Below, piece by piece: positions 25,200-35,885 of a stretch of 64,000 bases of DNA. Each line of letters begins with the position of its first letter. Position 1 is the stretch's first letter. Below the pieces are notes generated by a model. The model was not told the DNA's origin. It was given only the letters and a program-made list of their open reading frames with translations, and ran no database searches. The DNA lies in contig NW_021832004.1 of assembly GCF_006345805.1 (NCBI RefSeq), positions 17,246 to 81,245 of the forward strand, in the 5' to 3' direction. Both the position numbers and the translations under genes were made by a program. Source of the stretch: Octopus sinensis. Its lineage: Eukaryota.

Positions 25200-25276
25200 T
25201 ATCTGTCATTCATGTCCAGAGTGCCCCAGAAAGATTTACCCATGTGTAAACCTCTTCCTAAAGAATATCGGTTCAG
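25200..25276 (+). CDS. Candidate 77-nt exon
   Basis: Long pyrimidine tract + cag and a CAG|GTAATA donor. Entered in phase 1 it reads VSVIHVQSAPERFTHV*; another frame is Cys-rich (ICHSCPECPRKIYPC...). Confidence 0.3.
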
Positions 25277-25329
25277 GTAATATCTACATTTAACGTAAAG
25301 ATTTGCTTATGTCTTTTGTTCATGTTTCT

Positions 25330-26290
25330 ATTGTTTCGTTCGTCTAAAACTGGTTTGCAAACAAACATGGCGTCGAAAGTAAAAACATGACCAGATTGTC
25401 GCTTTGAGAGCAGCTAGAGTGAGCAACGATGACATAACAAAACGGTTGAATGTGCGTCGTAAACAGTGTTCAATACCTGGAAACAATATCTGGAGTCCAC
25501 TACAACTTCTAGCAAGCCAATTCCTGGTAGGAACCGAGCAATTGAAATGTTGAAGCTGTGAAGAAACGAATGAACGGAAATCCCCGCAGGATGCAAGAAA
25601 AGCTGCAAAAGCTCTCTTAATATTTCGAAATCGTCAATGAACAGGATTTTTAAAGTGGATTTAAAACTTGCTGCAAAAAAGAAACAATCCAAGCGGTCAA
25701 TTTCAGCAACATCCAAGAAGAAACGGCTCGACAGGGGTAAAACTATGTTAGCTGAGAAGAAGCGTGCCACTAACAAAGTGTTGATATGGTCTGATGAGAA
25801 ACTATTCATCGCGGAGGCAGTTTCCAATAGAATGACAGGCTTTATGCATATAATGCAGGGGACTTGCCCGACGGTAACAGGATTCATATACGCCATCAGA
25901 AGACAGCTTCTCTCATAGTGTGGGTTACAGATGCATCAGATGGGTCCAAGTCTCCATCGATCTTCATCGATTCTGGGCGTGAAGGATAACAGTAAAGTTT
26001 ATTTTGAAATGTTGGATGAGATAGTGTTGCCCTGGATCACAGAAACAGTTGGTGACCGTTACACCTTCACTCTAGACAGGGCTCCGGCCCACACATCCAA
26101 TTTGATACAGAGGTGGTTTAAAGAGCATTTCAACGGTTTTGGAGATAAGAATATATGGCCTCTCCTAAGTCTGGACGTCAATCCCATGGACTTTGCAATT
26201 TGGGGTGTCTGAGAGAGCAGTGTTTCTGCACGTTCCTATTCAAATGTGTCAGAGCTCAAGAGAGATCTTCTGTCTTTATGGGTCAATTTC
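25330..26290 (+). mobile_element. Tc1/mariner-superfamily transposase remnant, DD37D (maT-like)
   Basis: LIWSDEKLF, LDRAPAHTS and WPLLSLDVNPMDFAIW, with 37 residues between the second and third catalytic Asp; TIRs not identified. Confidence 0.8.
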
Positions 26291-26329
26291 TTAATTGCTT
26301 TTTTTTTCCCTTTCTGTACATATCATTAT

Positions 26330-26790
26330 GTCTTCTTGGGCTTCTATATTTCTTAACGCATCTTGGATTTCATTCAGCCACTCCGCTTCATCACTGAATA
26401 TTTACCTGATTATCATGGCCTTGCCAAGGAGGAAAACCTTTTGTTAAAGTTCTACTGTGCCCTTTTTCCGGTGTCTTTTATACCTCTCATGGTTCCTTCT
26501 GATAATGTCCCCAAGGATCCAGCAATAATTGGGACTATCTTCACCTTCTTCATTTCCCATAACCGAGGTTTTTCGTACTTAAGATGGTTGTATTTATTTA
26601 TTTTATCGCCTTCCTACATGACTGTTCGTGAGTCAAAGGAATGTGGAGCATCAACGATATAGCATATGCGGTTCACCACCACTATGTCCGGTCTGTTAGC
26701 TCTAGCACTTGATCTGTTTGGATTAAGAAATCCCACGTGATTTTGCTAGTCTCCGACTCCACCACTCGAACAGGATAGCCAATCTCACCC
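26330..26790 (-). mobile_element. R4/Dong-type (RLE) LINE C-terminal fragment
   Basis: KITWDFLIQTDQV...RPDIVV, then KYEKPRLWEMKKVKIVPIIAGSLG across frameshifts. Confidence 0.7.
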
Positions 26791-28120
26791 AGAAATGGGT
26801 AGAGAAGAAATTGTCCCCGAAAGGTTGGGTGGAGGTGGCGCATGCATACATAGCTTCCCTCATCTATTATCACCTGACAGTAGTCCATTGCCCTGCTTTG
26901 AAACTGACCAAGCTAGAACGCTTAATATCCCGCCTTCTGTGGAAAGAACGTCTTCCCCTCGTCATACGGTTCATCTGCTATCAACAGCCACAGAGTGGAG
27001 GACTGGGCGTGCTGTGGCTAATGATGCACAGATGTGCGCTGAGGCTACAATATCTCCAGCATTTTCTTAACGTTGAACAGATGTGGTCACCGTGTGTCAA
27101 GTAGGATTTTCTGCTGCTCATCTCATTGACGGAGTTATAGTACTCAATCAAACGTAGACCCAGAAAGGACGCGTGGAACGTGGAGTGTCAGCAGCGCTCA
27201 CAGCTTCCTGTCAGTCGGGCAGCGCGGTCAGAGGAAGTTCCACTGCGGTGTTCTATAGGGGATTAGTAGCGGGTAAGAATCACGTCGTCCTTGTGGAAAC
27301 TGGGCGACGGAAGGGATCAACTAACTGATCTTTTCCGGAGGACTATCAGGCCGAATCGTATGGATAACTTCCAAAGTTCTATGGCCTGCCTGTGCTATCG
27401 GGGAGCTCTGCCGGCTCCAAACGATCTCTGCAGATACAAAAGTGCTGTCAGTCTGGTTTGTTCGAGGTGTGCGCAGAACGACAAAACCGTCCTGCACGCA
27501 CTCATTCATTGTCTGAGCATTACTGACTAGTGCAGCTTTGTCAAACGGCTGTTATCGCGTGTAGGACAGATCCGGTTATCATCTGAGTCCATCGTGAAGA
27601 TCGCCACCCTCCTTCCTTCCTTCCTTTGGCCAGGAAGAAAAGACAGTTTTCCTCTGTCTGGTGGCTATGGTGAAGGCGGTGGACGAAACTGAGAGGACTG
27701 AAGGCGAATGCTTTCCTCTTGGGCCAACCCTCATCGACATTTTCAAGTTCCACTTAAAAAGGTAAGTGAGGGTAGAGAGGGAAGTTCTGCTCCCCAGTAA
27801 ATTTGATGAAAGGTGGGTGTATGTGGTGAGGATGGTCCGAGTAAAGGGGCCTGCTCTGAACTTTCTTTTGTAAACCGGAGGGGTTGAGAAGGAGAGAGGC
27901 GCCTTCTGAGTAGCACTGGCGGTCGGAATAACCAGGTAGTGTGGGGGGTCTGCGGTTGTCCCTGTGAGGAGCTAACCCCTTTTGGGGAATTTTTATTGTT
28001 CAATTTCTTTTTGTTATTTATTTTCTGTTACTTATTGCATACACGGCATTGTTCAACACCCCACTTGTCCATTTGTGTTGTATTGTCCCTATTTTTATAA
28101 GAAAGGTCCGATATAAAAAA
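26791..28120 (+). mobile_element. Tx1-clade LINE 3' fragment ending at (ATT)n
   Basis: SPKGWVEVAHAYIASLIYYHLTVV, MDNFQSSMA...CSRCAQNDKTVLHAL; 3' UTR followed by (ATT)n. Confidence 0.85.
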
Positions 28121-28169
28121 GTATTACTATTATTACTATTATTATTATTACTATTATTATTATTATTAC

Positions 28170-28221
<52 letters not shown>

Positions 28222-28222
<1 letters not shown>

Positions 28223-28470
28223 GAAAACTCACAACTTATTTTGCTGGGTATGATGGAAAGTGTCAGCTGTCCACAAGCAGCGGACTAAGGTGACACATAT
28301 TTACTGGTCATGCTTCACGAACCCTGCGAAAAATTCTTGTAGTTCCAAGCAATGGTGATATTTGTAGGCGTTCTACCTTCACACTTGCACCGATCTTTTT
28401 CAGCCATGTTGGTAGTTGAGTACTGATACTTCGAACTGCATCAATTACCCTGGGTATCACGTCTACCCTC
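28222..28470 (-). mobile_element. R4/Dong-type LINE 3' end embedded in (AAT)n
   Basis: VDVIPRVIDAVRSI...LQISPLLGTTRIFRRV* plus a short UTR; (ATT)n on both sides. Confidence 0.7.
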
Positions 28471-28511
28471 CTCATTAACCACAACATTATTATTATTATT
28501 ATTATTGTTGC

Positions 28512-28545
<34 letters not shown>

Positions 28546-28580
28546 ATAATAATAATAACTATTATTATTATTATTATTAA

Positions 28581-28620
<40 letters not shown>

Positions 28621-28829
28621 TTTATCCTTATCATTCTTATTGCTATTGTTATTGTCGTTGTTGTTGTCGTTGACGACGAGGTAAGACCTGTTTTGAACGC
28701 TCCGTCAGTTTGAATTTTTCTTGTGTATTTTTGAAGGTTGTTGACTGTTATGTAAGTGTTTTTGTTTTCTAAACCCCTATTGGTGTATAGAAGGGATTCT
28801 TTTCCACTAAGAGTTCTGACGGTCAGTAC

Positions 28830-29751
28830 CTATTTCTTTACTACCCACAAGGGGCTAAACACAGAGAGGAGAAACAAGGACAGACAAACAGATTCAGTCG
28901 ATCATATCAACCCCAGTGCGTAACTGGCACTCAATTTATCGACCCCGAAAGGATGAAAGGCAAAGTCGACCTCGGCAGAATTTGAACTCAGAACGTAACC
29001 GCAGAAGAAATACTTATTTCTTTACTACCCACAAGGGGCTAAACATAGAGGAGACAAACAAGGACAGACATAGGTATTAAGTCGATTACATCGACCTCAG
29101 TGCGTAACTGGTACTTAATTTATCGACCCCGAAAGGATGAAAGGCAAAGTTTACCTCGGCGGAATTTGAACCCACAACGTAACGGCGGACGAAATACCTA
29201 TTTCTTTATTACCCACAAGGGGCTAAACATAGAGGGGACAAATAAGGACAGACATAGGTATTAAATCGATTACATCGACCTCAGTGCGTAACTGGTACTC
29301 AATTTATCGACCCCGAAAGGATGAAAGGCAAAGTCGACCTCGGCGGGATTTGAACTCAGAACGTAACCGCAGAAGAAATACCTATTTCTTTACTACCCAC
29401 AAGGGGCTAAACATAGGTGGGACAAACAAGGACAGACATAAGTATCAAGTCGATTACATCGACCTCAGTGCGTAACTGGTACTTAATTTATCGACCCCGA
29501 AAGGATGAAAGGCAAAGTTTACCTCGGCGGAATTTGAACCCACAACGTAACGGCGGACGAAATACCTATTTTTTTATTACCCGCAAGGGGCTAAACATAG
29601 AGGGGACAAACAAGGACAGACATAGGTATTAAGTCGATTACATCGACCTCAGTGCGTAACTGGTACTCAATTTATCGACCCCGAAAGGATGAAAGGCAAA
29701 GTCGACCTCGGCGGGATTTGAACTCAGAACGAAATACGGCAGACGAAATAC
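28830..29751 (-). repeat. Five tandem 184-186-bp SINE-A body + Tx1-tail units
   Basis: Units at 28830-29013, 29014-29197, 29198-29381, 29382-29565 and 29566-29751; each starts gtatttc on the minus strand and ends gtgggt(a)..taaagaaata(g/a). Confidence 0.95.
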
Positions 29752-30003
29752 GAATTTCTTTATTGCCCACCGGGGGCCAAACATAGATATGGACAGTACA
29801 ACTGATGGGATCAGGGAATCGATATGATTTTACATAAATGTGACATTAAAAATAAAATACAATACATAAAAATCGAATGGAATACACAGTACAAAAACAA
29901 TACAAATGAAGCGATGATCAAGTTACGCTCCGATCGCACAAGCCCCGATCTACCGCTGATACCTTTTTATTTTTCCTTTTTTTTTTTTTTTTTCCTCGTC
30001 TAT

Positions 30004-33000
30004 TCACACGGTTCCTTGCATGCACAACACTCGTGCAACATACTTCCATCTCTTTTGGAACGTACACTCTGACAGACACCTCTTCTCCAGCCACAGTTTC
30101 CTTTTCAAATGAAAAGAAAAAAAGGATCGTAAATTGTCACCAGAGATAAAGTTGCCTGTCTTAATTCCTTTAATCCTAGTCTTCCATACAGCCTCTTTTG
30201 CTATTGCTACAACCGTGAGAAAACAATTCTTACCTTCGTTCGTTAGAACTCCCGGTGGGTCAATTTTTATAATTGACTCAGTCGACAGCCGTACTCTTCC
30301 TTCGCCGGACAACAGATGTTCAGCATAAGCCCACATTTCAGTTATCTCCGGACACTGAACAATAGCGTGAGGGACGGTTTCCCTGTCCCCCCCCGCATCT
30401 TGGACAGGTCGGCGACTGACGTTTACCATGTCTTGCGAGCTTATCCCAAACGGGCAAGGCACCTCTGTAGCATTGCCAGGTTAAGGACTTTTGGAAGTTG
30501 TCCAACGTTCTCAACCCGAATGTACGATGAAACAAGCTGTCCAGTTGAATAAATCCGAGACCTAGAGTCGACCCCAGGCCATCGTCGCATTCAGACTCTA
30601 CCAACCCACTATATAAAATCCGTGTGGAACCCTCACCGCTGGCGTTGCCCGAGCGCCGGAACAGCAAGAGGGCCTTACGGCACTCTTTATGCCACTCACT
30701 CGACCTCGGTCTACGAGAACACCAGGCTTCCTGTTCGCAAAAACTCTTGAACTCAGGGAACATTTGTCTGGCCAGCGGAGACCACACCCGTTCACTATCC
30801 AGGAGAATCCAGAGGTGCCTCAACCTCAACGCATGTCTGCGCATCATTAACCAAGGCATCCCTAAACCTCCATTTAAAGGCTTTTGACAGCAGACAGAGC
30901 GTTTCACAAGTGGAGACCTGCCCTTCCACAAAAAGCGAAAGAGCTGTCTCTCCAACCAACAACACTGTCTGAAGGCATCGACTTGCCAACCCAGGTGCCG
31001 AGCTGCAAGCCGACCGACTTTTCCTGGTTAATCTTTGCTCCTGCTACCTCCTCGTAAGCCTCAATAGTCTTACCTACTTCACGTAGGCGTGCCACTGTGG
31101 TTACACTGATAGTGATATCATCCGCGAAAGCCGTAAAAAACTCCTCTAGTCCTGGTTCTCTCGGGATGCCACTCAACCTTTGCAGTAATGGCTCGAGAGC
31201 CATCACATACAAAAGTGGTGAAAGCGGACATCCTTGACGAACCGAGCGTCTGATGCAGAACGGCTTCGAAAGGAAACCGTTCACCCGAACTATCGAGTCA
31301 ATGTTGTGGTACAAAGCGATAAACCACCTGAGGAAGCCAAGGCCCAGGCCAAACCGCGCAATTACAGTCGCTAGGTATCGATGGTCAACCCTATCAAAAG
31401 CTTTAGACTGGTCCAAATGCACCAATGCCCCACCTTTGCCAGATTTATTACCAAACCTCTCTATGGTATAGCGAATAAGATGGAGGGTATCCTGAATGGT
31501 TCTGCCTGGGATGGCACATGTCTGTGCCTCCCCGACTATACCATTCGCGACACGCGCCAACCTTTTTGCTAGAACCTTGACCAAAATCTTCACTTCTGCG
31601 TTTAACAGAGTGATGGGCCTGAAATTCTCTAGAACGTCCCCCTTGTCCGGGTCCTTTCTGACCAACGTCACTACTCCCCGGCGCACAGATCTGGGGATAA
31701 ACCCATTCTGTTTCCAGTTCGCGTACACGTCAGTCAGTAGTTGCCCGAACAAGTCTGGCATACATTTATACAGCTCGTACGGAAGACCATCAAGTCCCGG
31801 TGACTTACCCGCTTTACAATCGGCCAAAGCCTCCATCACCTCCTCAGGTGTGATTGGCCCTTCGCAAGACTCCGCATCCGACCCCGAGAGGCACGGCAGC
31901 CCTGTAAGAAAGTCCTCGAGGGCTCTCCCACTACCAGGACCGCCGTCACCCCCGAACAGCTGGGCGAAGTACTCCCGAAAGACCTCACACATTTTCTCGG
32001 GTTCGTTTATCAAGACACCATTTTGATTCGTCAAAGACCGAATAGAGGAACTATTTCCTTGCCGAGCTTCCACCACTCGGGCCCATCCAGCGGCTTTGAT
32101 TCCTTCACTTCCCATTGCACGTAACTTAGCTCTGGTAATACTTCCCATGTGGTGGGCTTCAAGATGCTGGTTTAACTCCAGTCTTTTCACCCTCGCTTGG
32201 TCTGTATTACCAGTCCTCCAGGCTTCTTCTAGTTCCTTAACTAGACCATCTCCTATTTTACGTCCCTTCTTAGCTAAACTTATGCTAAACCTAATAGACT
32301 CATATTTGATGGCTCTTTTTAGGGCGTGCCACCATTTGTTATTAATGATGGTACCTGTTAATGCCCTCTGTATTAACATCTTGATCCGCTTTCTGTACTC
32401 CTCAATCGCCAAAAGGGACGTATTGAGTTTCCAGTAGCCAGATCCCTGTCTATGCAACTTATCTACCGTCAGTTTACAGGTAACCATCTTGTGGTCACTG
32501 TAGCTGACTAGAAAAAACTGTGGACACTCAACTATGGACTTATCTTTTTCTCTAATTAAAATCCTATCTAGATATGTTCTGGTAGACCCGTCACTATTTG
32601 ACCACGTCCACTGTGGAGTGTTCGAGTGCTCCAACCTATATGGATCTGCTAGCTGAAATTGACTTAGCAGATCCCGAAAGCCTGGGTTACATTTTCTGTT
32701 CATGTTCGAGTTTGAGCCAACACAATCTGTGTGTGCTGCACATATTGTATTAGAGTCTCCTAACACTACTAGTGAATGCGACGTGGCTAGGAACTTTCCT
32801 AGGCCACGAAAATATTCAGTTTGCGGGCCAATAATGTTTGGTGCGTAAATAGCGACCAGCCTGATTGTCTTGCCACAACTGAATGTCAAGTCGAGAACGA
32901 CCAGCCTGCCTTCTGGGTCAGAAAAAAAACAACTTTTTCTCGGCTACCCGGTTTCTTTTTAGTAGGACCAACACCCCACCCCCACCTCCCGCCCGACTCG

Positions 33001-33181
33001 GAGAAACGTATTTCTCGTAGCCGTTCAGGAGGGGGAGCAGATCTCTTGGCCCCTTCACCCGGGTTTCCGTTGCAACAATTACATCCAAATTTCTCCACCT
33101 GATGTCATTCAGAAAGCGTCCTTGCTTCCAGCTTGACAACAGGCCATGAACATTTAAACAACCAATGTGAATAGCCATCAC
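30004..33181 (-). pseudogene. Tx1 ORF2 (APE endonuclease + RT + zinc knuckle), several frameshifts
   Basis: GCLNVHGL, VATETR, AIYAPN, LGD, TYLDRILI, YSDHKMV (APE); LDQSKAFDRV, VRQGCPLSP, AFADD (RT); CPRCGG..ETVPHAIVQC. Confidence 0.9.
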
Positions 33182-34634
33182 TTACCTGTTTAATTAGGAT
33201 TGTCGGGTGGAGGGGGACCCTCCACCTTTTTTTGATCCAGGGTCGGAGGTGGACGGTCTTGGGAAATAGATTTGTCAAAATCCCGTCTCACCACCGACAC
33301 AGAATTATCAGGTGGAGGGGGAATCTCCACCTTTTCCTTTCTCGCGGGATCGGAGCTGGTAATCCCTGAAATATCGACTTGTTAAAATCTAATCTCAATG
33401 AAGATACAGTCTTTCTGTACTTATTTGTAGAATTCTATAAGTCTTATTTGAGACTTCATATATGTCGTATTGATAAATTCCTCTGAAAGGTTATCAATTT
33501 TTTTTACAGTCTTTATGAGTTGAATGTCTCTCATGAGCTCAGTATCTTTAGTGTATACGGCTATTATGCCTTTTTCTTCTTTTTCTCTTCTGGCAGTCTT
33601 TTTGGTCGTTGTTCTGTAGTAGTCGCCGCTCTCAGTTGAGTTGCTGGTAGTTTCCTTTGTTTGTTGTTTTTTCTCATCTGTTTCTTCTTTTTCATCTTCC
33701 TCTTTGTCTTTTTTCTCTCCTTCCTCCTCTTCCTCATTTTCCTTGCAGTTCCTTCGAATGTGGCCTAATTGACTACATAAAAAACATCGAGATTTTCGGC
33801 TCTCAAAAACACCACGAGGTTCTCCTCCCCTACCTCAATTGTCTCGGGAATTGCTTGAATTATTTTAGGGTCCGCTTGAATAAGGAGATTAATGTTTTGA
33901 CCATCCCAGTGTGTGTTTTCGGTAGCGGTAGCCTGGAGGAGAGTAATTTTTTCTTCCTCTTTGATCAGGACTGCCGCCAACAACCACATAGGGTCCACTT
34001 CCGTGGGACCATTGTAATTTTATTCTGGACGTTCTCATCCCATATATAGGAGATAAGCTCCACGTCGTTGGTTTTCAGCGTTTCTACTGAGTTCTTTTGT
34101 GCTATTTCTTATTGGTGAACCTTACTTCCACCGTTCCGAATTTCTTGCCTCTTCTCAGATAAACTATGTCGTCCCATATTGGCTTTAAGCACTTTTCTAT
34201 TTCTCTTCTGACATTCTTTCATTTTTTTCTTTTTTGTAGACAATATGTTTTGAAAATTAAAGTTTTTTGGTTTTTTTCTTGTAATAACTTTTCCGGAGGT
34301 TCAATTTTCACAACGTTGTCAGTTATTTTCATCATTTGGCTATATTTCATAAAGTCGCTCTTATTCGTCGACAGCAGCCAGATTCCACTCCCAGCTGCCA
34401 ACGCAAAACATTTTTTCCCATTTTTGGTTCTGTCTGGATGCTAGGCACATCAATTACTCTTTTCGACACAGTGCCTTTGTTCTCTGGCAAAGTCGGAAAC
34501 TCTTCTGGTGATAGTTCTGACGAGCTTTCAGACACATCTCCAAAAAAATCAAATATATTATCTATTCTGCTATTCTTTCTTGTAGCGAGGGAAACCCTTA
34601 TTTCCCTGTCTGTAGTTGGCTCCTCGCCGGACAT
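33177..34634 (-). pseudogene. Tx1 ORF1 (gag-like) with CCHC knuckle, frameshifted
   Basis: Starts MSGEEPTT; the minus strand near 33733-33780 reads RCFLCSQLGHIRRNCK (CX2CX4HX4C); ends just before the ORF2 ATG. Confidence 0.75.
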
Positions 34635-34869
34635 GTATTTCCTCCTCTCAACAGGAGAAACAAGTATTCTGCTCCAACGGCAGGCTCTATGCTAGACGAC
34701 ATTCTTCCCCCTAAAGGGGGAATGAACAACGCGTGCTACTACAAGCACTAAGTGTTTTCAAATAAAAACTCCAACAGTTAAGTTATTCAACAGTTTAACA
34801 AGAAAAACACAGTTATTAACAATATTAACACCAAGAAGAAACAGCAACTTTTACCACGAACACATGTGT

Positions 34870-34931
34870 GACAGACTAAATACGGCTACGCATTTCGCCC
34901 GGCGTGCTAACGTTTCTGCCAGCTCGCTGCC
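34870..34931 (-). mobile_element. SINE-A tRNA-like head (A box) plus target duplication
   Basis: Reverse complement is ggcagcgagctggcagaaacgttagcacgccgggcgaaatgcgtagcc-gtatttagtctgtc, matching the head at 5423-5484. Confidence 0.9.
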
Positions 34932-34949
34932 ATTCTGACGCCCAGTACC

Positions 34950-35854
34950 TCAACGATTTATCTTCTGAACAGCACAAAGAACAGTACCAACACCACTAAC
35001 TGCACCGGCACCACCATTAACACTGAAAAAGAAAAAAGTCAAGAAAACACCGCTGTGAACAAGAAAAACAACGAAGAAAATACAAACACAAACGCAAATG
35101 ACAGATCCAATAGACACGGTTTCGCTTCTGCAGCGAAACAAACAAGAGAAACGATAAACGTCACATTAGAGGATTTAAAAAATTTCAAGGGGCTCTTAGT
35201 GAGACAAGGTAATAATGTCTCTCTAATACCCCGAAAGAAATTGTTCTGGACACAAACAGAAGAAGCATTACGTACAAATGTATAAACAAACAAAAAAAGT
35301 CATTGGAACGAGCAACACAAGAATAACTGGAACTAATTCTGAAACCAATTTGGAAGAAGAAAACATAAGTGACACGTGGAAAATGGTTCGGTACTGTGGA
35401 AGTGCGCTACGCAAAGGAAGAAGCAAGAAAACATTCCACAGTGCCACTATTTTCAGAGACCTTATCGTCGTGCCGACATGTCTTGGTCGGCATGTTAACA
35501 AAATTAATATCGGCCGGGGGGGGGAGTACCCCTGAATTAAACATATGTTGGCTGATGGCCGCTGTCTTCTATGATATAGAGGATACGGCCGCGATCCTGG
35601 AGGTGTATAAGTTGCACCGACAAAATTGGACGGGTCAGGAGTTGGAACGCTTGTCCAAATGGAACAAGAGGACCTCAAGTCTATCCCTGACTCCTTAAAC
35701 TCACCGAAGAGCACGAGACTACGCGTAGCTGTGGAGGGCAGGAGGCCGAGGTGCTACTTTCGTGGAAACAATCAGCACCTTAACATCGACTGCCAAAATA
35801 CAAGGAGATGCGTCGAACGCTACAACCGACACCAGAAAAAGGGACATCTCCTAA

Positions 35855-35885
<31 letters not shown>

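Larger units (their letters stand above)
29752..34869 (-). mobile_element. Full-length Tx1-clade LINE inserted in a SINE-A copy
   Basis: ORF1, ORF2 and both UTRs lie between the SINE head (34884-34931) and SINE body (ending at 29751); candidate TSD GTATTTAGTCTGTC (34883-34870) / GTATTTCGTCTGCC (29751-29738). Confidence 0.92.

Noticed and set aside
28830-29751. Regular repeat array as a CRISPR-like locus
   Set aside because: Units are contiguous 184-bp SINE derivatives with no unique spacers and no cas genes, in eukaryotic DNA.
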